Below are positions 51,454-60,445 of a stretch of 64,000 nt of DNA, piece by piece. Numbering within the stretch: position 1 is the stretch's first letter; every line of letters starts with the position of its first letter. A program made the position numbers and the translations under genes. Under the pieces are notes generated by a model. The model was not told the DNA's origin, did not search any database, and worked only from the letters and a program-made list of their open reading frames with translations. This stretch comes from an uncultured Pelagibacteraceae bacterium (GTDB taxonomy: Bacteria; Pseudomonadota; Alphaproteobacteria; Pelagibacterales; Pelagibacteraceae), in contig CACGLL010000002.1 of assembly GCA_902573905.1 (NCBI GenBank), positions 17,636 to 81,635 on the forward strand, read 5' to 3'.

Positions 51454-52509
51454 TTATTTATCGCTAACAACAAACTGAATTCCAAGCCATCTCCAAAAAC
51501 CACTTGGATCTCTAAGTGAACAATTAATTCTACCTCGCTCACCAATAAACTTCTCATTGATATTTATTTGTAAAGTTGTTTCATTTAAGAAATTTATTTC
51601 TGACCGTCTCCATTTATCCTCCTCATTTGAAAAACAATTCAATGATTTTAAATTTTTTATGTCATCGTAAAATTCAATTTTTACATCAGGAGGGTTTTTA
51701 CTTTGTAAAAGATATTTTTCTTCAGGTAAAATATTTTTATATTTAAAAGGAAGTGTTTTCATTAAAGATTTAAACCTTTCAATTTCTCCGTACTTTTCAT
51801 TAATAGGAAATCTTGGAAACTCATAGAAGTCTTTAGTTTCATCCATAACACCAGAATGTTGTCCGAAAGCATATTTAAAATTTAAAGATTTTATTATTTC
51901 TTTAAATTCAGTACTATATTCTCCAAAAGGGTAAGAAAAAAAATAAGAATTTTTACCAAGTTCCTTTTTAAAAATTGATATTGATTTTTTAATATCATTT
52001 TTTATAAGTTCACTTTTTTCTTCCACTAAATATTCGTGTGTGTGACTATGATTTCCAATTTCAACAAAATTTTCCTTGCTAATTTCTCTAATCTGATCCC
52101 ATGTCATATAATTAAAAGCACCAACTTCTCTTGTGCTTACAAATAAAATAAAAGGAATTTTCTTTTTTTTTAGTATGGGCCAAGCATTTTCATAAAAAGA
52201 TAAAAATCCATCATCAATAGTTAAAAGTATTTTTCTTTGAGTTTTATTATTCTTTAGTTCATTTTCAAAATTTTTAGGATTAATAAAATTGATATTATTT
52301 TTCTCTATAATTTTAATATGCTCTAAGAAATCATTCATTCTAATATTTGTAGATGGATATTTATTTTCTTCGAACCTATGATACATCAAAGCAATTACGC
52401 CATAATCTTCTATATTTTGAGCTGGCGTGTTTGAATATAAATAGCTTTGATAAGTTAAAAAAGCTATAGATAAACCTATGATAAAAGATTTTATAATTTT
52501 AAATTGCAT
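51454..52509 (-). CDS. Polysaccharide deacetylase (CE4/NodB) family protein
   Basis: LMYHRF, TIDDG, GNHSHTH, FSYPFGE, PRFPINE; N-terminal anchor. Confidence 0.93.
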   Translation of the reverse strand: MQFKIIKSFIIGLSIAFLTYQSYLYSNTPAQNIEDYGVIALMYHRFEENKYPSTNIRMNDFLEHIKIIEKNNINFINPKNFENELKNNKTQRKILLTIDDGFLSFYENAWPILKKKKIPFILFVSTREVGAFNYMTWDQIREISKENFVEIGNHSHTHEYLVEEKSELIKNDIKKSISIFKKELGKNSYFFSYPFGEYSTEFKEIIKSLNFKYAFGQHSGVMDETKDFYEFPRFPINEKYGEIERFKSLMKTLPFKYKNILPEEKYLLQSKNPPDVKIEFYDDIKNLKSLNCFSNEEDKWRRSEINFLNETTLQININEKFIGERGRINCSLRDPSGFWRWLGIQFVVSDK

Positions 52510-52861
52510 AGGCAAAGATGATAAAATTGGCTTGCGTATAAATGAAAGTTTTTACATTCATGAACTAAACTCTAAAATTAATAAAAATGATCAACTAGTT
52601 ACAAACATATTAAATCTAGTAAAAAAATACAAAGTAAATTTAGATAATAAATTTTCTATAATAGTTAATGTTGGGCCTGGAAGCTTTTCTTCAATTAGAA
52701 CTTCTTTATCTGTTGTAAAGGGAATGAAAATATCAAAAAACATTAATATCTATGGATTTAAAAACTCAGATTTAAAGCAATTTCAGCTTGCAAATATTGA
52801 ACTTCTGATAGGCAAAAACTTGATGGAAAATAAATTGATTAAACCAATATATTTAAGTTAA
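52478..52861 (+). CDS. tsaB: Short TsaB-like t6A biosynthesis protein (N-terminal domain only)
   Basis: VNVGPGSFSSIRTSLSVVKG motif, C-terminal PIYL; upstream of fur-miaB. Confidence 0.75.
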   Translation: MIKDFIILNCIGKDDKIGLRINESFYIHELNSKINKNDQLVTNILNLVKKYKVNLDNKFSIIVNVGPGSFSSIRTSLSVVKGMKISKNINIYGFKNSDLKQFQLANIELLIGKNLMENKLIKPIYLS

Positions 52862-52871
52862 ATTGTTTTAA

Positions 52872-53291
52872 ATGAATGCGATAGAAGAAAAATGTTTAAA
52901 AAAAGGTGTCAGACTTACTGATCAAAGGAAAACTATTGCTAAGGTGATTTCAGAGTCTAAAGAAGTTTACGGCTCAAAAGACCATCCAGATGTGGACGAG
53001 TTACACAAAAGGGTTACTGCAATAGATAATAAAATAAGTATAGCTACCGTTTATAGAACAGTTAAACTTTTCGAAGAAGCTGGAATCTTAGTTAAGCATG
53101 ATTTTAAAGCTGGCAAAGCTAGGTATGAAATAAATGATGACCACAATCATTTAATAGATATAAATAGTGGTGAAATTATAGAATTCGTTGATAAAGATAT
53201 TGAAGAACTTCAAGAAAAAATTGCAAAAAAATTAGGTTATAATCTTGTGGATCACAAACTTGAACTTTATGGTTCTAAAATAAAAAAATAA
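52872..53291 (+). CDS. fur: Fur/Mur family metal-responsive regulator
   Basis: RLTDQR, DHPDVDEL, ISIATVYRTVKLFEEAG, HNHLID, VDHKLELYG. Confidence 0.93.
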   Translation: MNAIEEKCLKKGVRLTDQRKTIAKVISESKEVYGSKDHPDVDELHKRVTAIDNKISIATVYRTVKLFEEAGILVKHDFKAGKARYEINDDHNHLIDINSGEIIEFVDKDIEELQEKIAKKLGYNLVDHKLELYGSKIKK

Positions 53292-53292
53292 C

Positions 53293-54627
53293 TTGCCAAA
53301 AAAAATATTCATTAAAACTTTTGGTTGTCAAATGAACGAATACGACAGCAATCGTATTTATGATTTAACAAAAAAAATAGATTACCTTAAAACAGAAATT
53401 TTAGATGAAGCTGATTGTTATGTTTTGAATACTTGTCATATTAGGGAAAAAGCAACAGACAAAGTTTATCACGATATAGGTAGAGTAAAAAAACAATTTA
53501 GAAAAAAGACGAAACCCATTGTTTTAGTAACTGGTTGTGTTGCACAAGCAGAGGGTAACATTCTATTAAAAAAAGAAAAATATATTGATGCTGTAATTGG
53601 ACCACAATCATTTCACGAAATTAATAAAATTATTTTAAATTTAGAAAAAAAACAAAAATCAATCAACTTTACCGAATTTGATGTGATTGAAAAATTTGAT
53701 AATTTAAATTCTATAAAAAATTCATGCAATGAGATTTCATCTTTTTTAACAATTCAAGAAGGTTGCAATAAATTTTGTAAATTTTGTGTTGTGCCTTACA
53801 CAAGGGGAGCAGAGTATTCAAGATCATTAAAAGAATTATCAGAAGAAGCAAAACAATTGGTTAACAATGGAGCGAAAGAAATTACTCTTTTAGGACAAAA
53901 TGTTAATGCTTACAATTTTGAAGGAAAAAAACTTTCAGATTTGATATTCCAAATATCTAAAATAAAAGATTTGAAAAGGATAAGATATACAACTTCTCAT
54001 CCAAAAGATTTTACCCAAGACCTAATTGATGCTCACAAAGATTGTGAAAAGTTAATGCCACTAGTTCATTTACCAGTTCAAAGCGGTTCTAACAAAATAT
54101 TAGAAGCAATGAATAGAAAACATACAATCGAAGAATATTTAAAAATAATTGAGAAACTGAACAAAGTTAATCCTGGTATAAAATTTTCTAGCGATTTTAT
54201 AATTGGATATCCCGGAGAAACTTTGGAAGATTTTAAACAAACTGAAAAATTAATAAAAGATGTAAAATATATAAATTCTTACTCATTTATTTTTAGTGCA
54301 AGACCAGGTACACCTGCATTTAAATTAGAAAAAATAGATCAACCCGAAGCCATGCAAAGGTTAATAAGCTTCCAAAGTCTTGCAGAAGAAATTAAAACAA
54401 AATATATGGAAAACTTAATTGGCAAAACATCTAATGTTTTATTTGAAAACAAAACTAAAGATAAAAATAAATATTTTGGAAGAGACGAATATCTAAATTC
54501 TGTGATAGTAAGAAGCAGTGAAAGTTTAGTTGGAAAAATAAGAAAAGTTAAAATTACTAGAGGAAACCACAAAACATTATATGGGGAAATTTTTCCTAAT
54601 TTGAATCAAAATAATTATGCAGCATAA
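53293..54627 (+). CDS. miaB: tRNA methylthiotransferase MiaB
   Basis: TFGCQMNEYDS, NTCHIREKA, CNKFCKFC radical-SAM motif, LGQNVNAY, TRAM domain. Confidence 0.98.
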   Translation: MPKKIFIKTFGCQMNEYDSNRIYDLTKKIDYLKTEILDEADCYVLNTCHIREKATDKVYHDIGRVKKQFRKKTKPIVLVTGCVAQAEGNILLKKEKYIDAVIGPQSFHEINKIILNLEKKQKSINFTEFDVIEKFDNLNSIKNSCNEISSFLTIQEGCNKFCKFCVVPYTRGAEYSRSLKELSEEAKQLVNNGAKEITLLGQNVNAYNFEGKKLSDLIFQISKIKDLKRIRYTTSHPKDFTQDLIDAHKDCEKLMPLVHLPVQSGSNKILEAMNRKHTIEEYLKIIEKLNKVNPGIKFSSDFIIGYPGETLEDFKQTEKLIKDVKYINSYSFIFSARPGTPAFKLEKIDQPEAMQRLISFQSLAEEIKTKYMENLIGKTSNVLFENKTKDKNKYFGRDEYLNSVIVRSSESLVGKIRKVKITRGNHKTLYGEIFPNLNQNNYAA

Positions 54628-54634
54628 ATAATAG

Positions 54635-55639
54635 ATGTTAGAATTAAGTAAACTAGAACAAAACCTAATCATAAAAAAAATTGATGACCAAACAGTTAAT
54701 ATCTCAATAAATGATAATGAGATGTTAATGTCAATTGTAGGTCAGTTTGATCAAAACCTAAAACATCTATCAAAGTTAACCGAAACAGATGTGTATTTCA
54801 GAGGTAATTCAATTACATGCAAGGGTGATAAAGAAAAAACAAACATTTTTTGTGAGTCAATTAAATTTTTGATTAATAAATATATTTTGACAAATATTAT
54901 CGAAAAAGGAGATATACTTTTGTCTGTGAAAAAAAACAAAGACATAGAGGAGACTAATGTTAAATCTTTTAAACAGTTAATTAAAACACCTAGAAAATCA
55001 GTTATAGCTAGATCAGAAAAACAATCTGATTATATTAAAGCTCTTAAAGAAAATGATATTGTAATGTCATTAGGACCAGCCGGAACTGGAAAAAGTTTTT
55101 TAGCAGTTTCAGTAGGTGTAACTTTATTAATGGAAAAGAAAATAGATAGAGTTATCTTATCAAGGCCAGCTGTTGAGGCAGGTGAGAAGCTTGGTTTTTT
55201 ACCTGGTGATATGAAAGAAAAAGTAGATCCGTATCTAAGACCACTTTATGATGCTTTATATGAACTATTTGGTGTAGATAAAATAGATAAAAAAATCGAG
55301 TCAGGTGAAATTGAAATAGCACCATTAGCATTTATGAGAGGAAGAACCCTAAAAAATTGTTATGCAATTTTAGACGAAGCTCAAAATGCTACAGAAACTC
55401 AAATTAAAATGTTTTTGACACGTATAGGAGAAAATTCAAAATTAGTTGTTAATGGCGATCCTAGTCAAATAGATTTATTAAATAAATCTCACTCTGGTTT
55501 AATCAAATCAAGAGAAATTCTTAAAGATTTAAAAGAAATTAAGATTATAGAATTCGACCACAATGATGTTGTGAGACACCCTTTAGTTTCAAAAATTATA
55601 AGAGCTTATCAAAAAAAAAGTATTGATGATAAAAGCTAA
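54635..55639 (+). CDS. phoH: PhoH-like ATPase
   Basis: GPAGTGKS, RPAVEAGEKLGFLPG, PLAFMRGRTL, DEAQN, DVVRHPLV. Confidence 0.96.
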   Translation: MLELSKLEQNLIIKKIDDQTVNISINDNEMLMSIVGQFDQNLKHLSKLTETDVYFRGNSITCKGDKEKTNIFCESIKFLINKYILTNIIEKGDILLSVKKNKDIEETNVKSFKQLIKTPRKSVIARSEKQSDYIKALKENDIVMSLGPAGTGKSFLAVSVGVTLLMEKKIDRVILSRPAVEAGEKLGFLPGDMKEKVDPYLRPLYDALYELFGVDKIDKKIESGEIEIAPLAFMRGRTLKNCYAILDEAQNATETQIKMFLTRIGENSKLVVNGDPSQIDLLNKSHSGLIKSREILKDLKEIKIIEFDHNDVVRHPLVSKIIRAYQKKSIDDKS

Positions 55640-56093
55640 TGTAATAACTGAAAATACAAATTGGTATAAATATATCAAAAATCCAAATAATTATATTGAT
55701 AGAAAAATTAAAAAACTTAATAACAAAGATAAAAAATTCAAAAAAAAAAGTATTTATTTTACTTTGTTGCTTTCAGGAGAAAAAGAAATTAAAGATTTAA
55801 ATAGAAAATTTAGAAAAAAAAATAAACCCACAGATATTCTTTCTTTTCCCTTTTATACAAAAAAGGAAATGCATCAAAGGTTAATAAAAGAAAAAGAAAT
55901 CTATCTTGGTGATATAATTATTAACTTAAATAAAATAAAAGACAAAAAAAAATCAAAATATTTTATAAGCGAATTTAATAATTTATGGATACATGGTTTT
56001 GTTCATTTATTAGGGCATGATCACAAAAAAGAAAAAGATTTTTTAGCAATGAAAAAAATAGAAAAGAAGTATTCTAGTTTCATTAATGGTTAA
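55626..56093 (+). CDS. ybeY: rRNA maturation factor YbeY
   Basis: LNRKFR..KPTDILSFP, LGDI, HGFVHLLGHDH. Confidence 0.97.
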   Translation: MIKANVITENTNWYKYIKNPNNYIDRKIKKLNNKDKKFKKKSIYFTLLLSGEKEIKDLNRKFRKKNKPTDILSFPFYTKKEMHQRLIKEKEIYLGDIIINLNKIKDKKKSKYFISEFNNLWIHGFVHLLGHDHKKEKDFLAMKKIEKKYSSFING

Positions 56094-57645
56094 GAAATTA
56101 TTTGATAATCGTTATTTTACTTTATGCATTTTTCCATTTTTAATTGGTTCTTTAACTGTTTTATCTTTTCAACCATTTAATTTAACGATTATTAATTTTT
56201 TAATAATTCCTATTTTTTTTTATATAGTTATTCATATTTCAAAAAAATCTCAGTCTGTTTATAGAAAGAAACCATATAAAATTAATTTATTTTTATTTGG
56301 TTTGTCTTTTGGATTTGGTTTTTACTTAAGTGGAGTGTCCTGGATTGTCAATTCATTGACTTTCGACGATAGTTTTAAAATTTTAATCCCTTTGGGATTA
56401 GTTTTTATTCCTTTATTTTTAAGCTTATTTTTTGCCATTCCAATTTTACTAGTTGGTCCAATTCTGAGGTTAAATTTTTCATCATTAATTATTTTTTCAG
56501 CTACTTTAGCTTTTTCAGATTATCTGAGAGCTAAATTATTTACTGGATTTCCTTGGAATCTGTGGGCTTATAGCACATCTTGGATAATAGAAGTTGTACA
56601 AATATTAAATCATATAGGATTGTACGCTTACAACTTAATTGTTGTGACGTTATTTACTTTGCCAATAATTATTTTTTTTAAAATTAGTAATATAAAAAAA
56701 GTATTATCATTATTCTTATCAGTGCTATTTGTATTAAGTTTATATATCTATGGAAATTACACTTTAAACAAAAATGAGCGATTTTTAGAAACTTTAGAAA
56801 ATAGAGAATTGATAAAAGTTATTTCACCAAATTTTGATTTAAAATATGGTTTAAGCGAAAATGAAATTGAAGAAAGGTTAAAAAAAATAATTAGATATAG
56901 TGAACCCAATAAAGAAAAAAAAACATTATTTATTTGGCCAGAAGGCGTATTTAGCGGTTATAGTTACAACGAAATCTTAATTTTTAAAGAGCTTTTCAAA
57001 AAAAATTTCTCTAAAAATCACTTAATTATTCTTGGTTCAAATAAGTTAGATTCTAATTCAGGAAAATATTTTAATAGTATGATAGTTTTAGATAATAATT
57101 TAGAAATTATCGATGATTATAATAAAAGAAAACTCGTTCCATTTGGTGAATTTTTACCATTTGAAAGTTTTTTAAATAATTTTGGGGTTAAAAAAATTAC
57201 TGAAGGATATGGGTCTTTTTTAAATGGCGAAATTAATAAGAATATTATAATGGATAATTTTAATATATTACCATTAATTTGTTATGAAATTATTTTTACA
57301 AGCCTTATCCAAAAATCAAAGGCAGAAACAAATTTAATTGTAAATATATCTGAAGATGGTTGGTTCGGAGATACTGTAGGACCTAACCAACATTTTTCAA
57401 AGTCAGTTTTTAGAGCAATAGAAAATAATACTTTTTTGATAAGATCGGCTAATAAAGGAATTAGCGCCATAATTGATAACAAAGGAAATATAATTAAACA
57501 ACTAAACCGAAACGAAGCAGGAAATATTGAATTAGAAATACCGTTGATAAAATCAAAAAAAGTTAAAAATGATTTGATATTTTTTATTCTTTTAATTACA
57601 TATCTTTTTATCTTTTTGATTAATTTAAAAAAAAATGCCAAATAA
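56086..57645 (+). CDS. lnt: Apolipoprotein N-acyltransferase
   Basis: [41 protein letters not shown]. Confidence 0.96.
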   Translation: MVKKLFDNRYFTLCIFPFLIGSLTVLSFQPFNLTIINFLIIPIFFYIVIHISKKSQSVYRKKPYKINLFLFGLSFGFGFYLSGVSWIVNSLTFDDSFKILIPLGLVFIPLFLSLFFAIPILLVGPILRLNFSSLIIFSATLAFSDYLRAKLFTGFPWNLWAYSTSWIIEVVQILNHIGLYAYNLIVVTLFTLPIIIFFKISNIKKVLSLFLSVLFVLSLYIYGNYTLNKNERFLETLENRELIKVISPNFDLKYGLSENEIEERLKKIIRYSEPNKEKKTLFIWPEGVFSGYSYNEILIFKELFKKNFSKNHLIILGSNKLDSNSGKYFNSMIVLDNNLEIIDDYNKRKLVPFGEFLPFESFLNNFGVKKITEGYGSFLNGEINKNIIMDNFNILPLICYEIIFTSLIQKSKAETNLIVNISEDGWFGDTVGPNQHFSKSVFRAIENNTFLIRSANKGISAIIDNKGNIIKQLNRNEAGNIELEIPLIKSKKVKNDLIFFILLITYLFIFLINLKKNAK

Positions 57646-58798
57646 TAAATATTTATTCACGAGCGAATCTGTGTCTGAGGGTCATCCCGACAAAGTATGT
57701 GACAGGATATCTGACATGGTTGTAGACTCCTATTTAACTAAAGACCCAGTTTCAAGAGTAGCATGTGAAACACTTGCTACTACAAATAAAGTTGTTTTAG
57801 CTGGCGAAACAAGAGGTCCAAAAATTAAAAAAGAGGAGTTAATTTCTAAAGTAAGAGACTGCATTAAAGACATCGGTTATGATCAAGAGGGATTTAGTTG
57901 GAAGACTGCAAATATTGAAACATTTCTTCATGAACAATCAAAAGATATTGCGATGGGCGTTGATTCTAAAGATAACAAAGATGAAGGCGCCGGTGACCAA
58001 GGCATAATGTTTGGATATGCCTGCAATGAAACAGATGAACTTATGCCAGCTCCAATACATTATTCCCATAAAATGTTAAGATTGATGGCAGAAGACAGAA
58101 AAAAAGGGACACTTAAGGGTATCGAGCCCGACTCGAAAAGCCAAGTGACAATGTTATATGAAAATGAAAAACCAATTAAAGTTACCTCAGTTGTTATATC
58201 AACACAACACTCTAAGGATTTAAATCAGGAAAAAGTAAGGGAAGTAATTATTCCTTATATTAAAAAATCAATTCCAGAAAGTTTTTTAACAGAGCTTGAC
58301 CCAAAAGAAATTTATATTAATCCTACAGGTCAATTTATTATTGGTGGTCCTGATGGTGATACTGGTCTTACAGGTAGAAAAATTATTGTTGATACTTATG
58401 GTGGAGCAGCACCACATGGAGGTGGAGCTTTTTCAGGAAAAGATCCCACAAAAGTAGATAGATCAGCAGCCTATGCATCGAGATATTTAGCTAAAAACAT
58501 TGTTGCTGCTGGTGTTTCTGAAAAATGTTTGATTCAGCTTGCTTACGCCATAGGCGTATCAAAGCCTTTATCTATTTTTGTTAAATTAGCTTTCGGTGAT
58601 GAAAATAAAGTTGATAAAGTTAAAAAAATAATTGAGGATAATTTTAACCTTTCACCAAGAGGCATCAGAGAAATGTTAAAACTAAATAATCCAATATATG
58701 AAACTACTTCGGCCTACGGTCACTTTGGAAGAAAGTATACAAATAAAGGTGAATTTACATGGGAAAAGACAGATAAAAGTGATTTATTCAAATTGTAA
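57635..58798 (+). CDS. metK: S-adenosylmethionine synthetase
   Basis: [49 protein letters not shown]. Confidence 0.99.
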   Translation: MPNNKYLFTSESVSEGHPDKVCDRISDMVVDSYLTKDPVSRVACETLATTNKVVLAGETRGPKIKKEELISKVRDCIKDIGYDQEGFSWKTANIETFLHEQSKDIAMGVDSKDNKDEGAGDQGIMFGYACNETDELMPAPIHYSHKMLRLMAEDRKKGTLKGIEPDSKSQVTMLYENEKPIKVTSVVISTQHSKDLNQEKVREVIIPYIKKSIPESFLTELDPKEIYINPTGQFIIGGPDGDTGLTGRKIIVDTYGGAAPHGGGAFSGKDPTKVDRSAAYASRYLAKNIVAAGVSEKCLIQLAYAIGVSKPLSIFVKLAFGDENKVDKVKKIIEDNFNLSPRGIREMLKLNNPIYETTSAYGHFGRKYTNKGEFTWEKTDKSDLFKL

Positions 58799-58851
58799 TC
58801 TTGAAAAAACCATAAAATTCTTTTAAAAAGTCTTTAAATTTTTAAACTTTC

Positions 58852-58878
58852 AAAATGGGCACTTGCCCATTTTTTTTT
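58852..58878 (+). terminator. Hairpin + U tract in nusA leader (terminator/attenuator)
   Basis: AAAATGGGC-ACTT-GCCCATTTT followed by more T, immediately before the AGGAG SD; candidate promoter TTGAAA(58801)-N17-TAAAAA upstream. Confidence 0.8.
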
Positions 58879-58890
58879 AGGAGAAATAAA

Positions 58891-60441
58891 ATGCTTAATA
58901 GAGGATTAGATAAATTAGAACTTTTAAGAATAGTAGAAGCTGTTGCAAATGAAAAATCTATAAGTAAAGAACTTGTAATAGAATCTATGGAAAGCGCTAT
59001 TCAAAAAGCAGCCCTTACTAAATTTGGAAATGACAATAACATTGAAGTAATCATTAATAGAGAAAGTGGAGAAATAAAGATTCAGAAAGTTTTAGAAATA
59101 GTAGAAAATGTGGAAGATACTGCTAAGGAAATTACGTTAGAGGATGCAAAAAAGAATAATCCTAATAACAAAGCTTTAAAAGTTGGAGAAAAAATATTTG
59201 AAGAATTGCCCCAAATAGATTTTGGACGGATCGCTGCACAAAGTGCAAAACAAGTTATAAACAGTAGAGTAAGAGAAGCAGAAAAAAATAGACAATATGA
59301 AGACTTTATAGATAAACAGGAACAGATTTTAAGTGGTATTATAAAAAGATTGGAATTTGGTAATGTTATAGTAGATTTAGGTAAAGCAGAAGGAGTAATC
59401 AAGAAAGATGAGCTTATACCTCGAGAAATATTGAAAACTGGAGATCGGGTTAAAGCATATTGTTATGAAGTGAGAAAAGAGCTAAAAGGTCATCAGATAT
59501 TTCTTTCTAGAGCACATCCCCAGTTTTTAGCAAAATTATTTTTTCATGAAGTCCCGGAAATATACGAAGGAACAATCGAAATTAAGTCTGTAGCAAGAGA
59601 TCCAGGCAGTAGAGCAAAAATTTGTGTTCACTCACAAGACTCATCAATAGATCCAGTAGGTGCGTGTGTTGGAATGAGAGGAAGTAGAGTTCAAACTATA
59701 GTAAATGAATTACACGGTGAAAAAATAGATATAATTAAATGGACCGAGGATTTGCCAACATTAATCTCTGAGTCCTTGTCTCCTGCAGAGATTCAAAGAG
59801 TTCTTATAGATCAAGATAATAAAAGAATAGATATTATTTTATCTGAAGAAAATTTGAGTAAAGCAATAGGAAGAAGAGGTCAAAACGTAAGATTAGCTTC
59901 TAAACTAACTAATTATGAAATAGATATTCTCACTGACAAAGAGGACTCCGAAAGAAGACAAGCTGAATTTAAAGAAAGAACCGAGATGTTAATAAAAAAT
60001 CTAGAGGTAGATGAAACTTTAGGACAGCTATTAGTTTCGGAAGGCTTTATTTCAATTGATGAAATTGCTCAATCAAAACCTGATGATATTTCTAAAATTG
60101 AAGCTATAGATGAGGATACTGCTAGAGAGTTAATTATGAGGTCAAAAGAAACTTTAGAAAAAAATAAAGAAGCTGTAGCAGAAAAATTGAAAGAACTTGG
60201 AGTTGAAGAATCACTAGTTAATCTAAAGGGGATGACACAAGGCATGCTTGTAATACTTGGCCAAAAAAATATAAAAAAATTAACTGATTTTGCAGATCTG
60301 TCATCTGATGAATTAATAGGCGGCTACGATGAAATTAAAGGTAAGAAAATAAGATTAGATGGATATTTAGAAGAATTCTCACTTTCAAGAAAAGAAGCTG
60401 ATGATTTAATTATGTCAGCAAGAGAAATAGCCTACAAATAA
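58891..60441 (+). CDS. nusA: Transcription elongation factor NusA
   Basis: FGRIAAQSAKQVI, ARDPGSRAKI, DPVGACVGMRGSRV, AIGRRGQNVRLAS; ATG 58891 with AGGAG SD. Confidence 0.99.
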   Translation: MLNRGLDKLELLRIVEAVANEKSISKELVIESMESAIQKAALTKFGNDNNIEVIINRESGEIKIQKVLEIVENVEDTAKEITLEDAKKNNPNNKALKVGEKIFEELPQIDFGRIAAQSAKQVINSRVREAEKNRQYEDFIDKQEQILSGIIKRLEFGNVIVDLGKAEGVIKKDELIPREILKTGDRVKAYCYEVRKELKGHQIFLSRAHPQFLAKLFFHEVPEIYEGTIEIKSVARDPGSRAKICVHSQDSSIDPVGACVGMRGSRVQTIVNELHGEKIDIIKWTEDLPTLISESLSPAEIQRVLIDQDNKRIDIILSEENLSKAIGRRGQNVRLASKLTNYEIDILTDKEDSERRQAEFKERTEMLIKNLEVDETLGQLLVSEGFISIDEIAQSKPDDISKIEAIDEDTARELIMRSKETLEKNKEAVAEKLKELGVEESLVNLKGMTQGMLVILGQKNIKKLTDFADLSSDELIGGYDEIKGKKIRLDGYLEEFSLSRKEADDLIMSAREIAYK

Positions 60442-60445
60442 TGTT

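Noticed and set aside
58855-58890. Listed nusA N-terminal extension MGTCPFFFRRNK
   Set aside because: ATG lies inside the leader hairpin; SD-supported start is 58891
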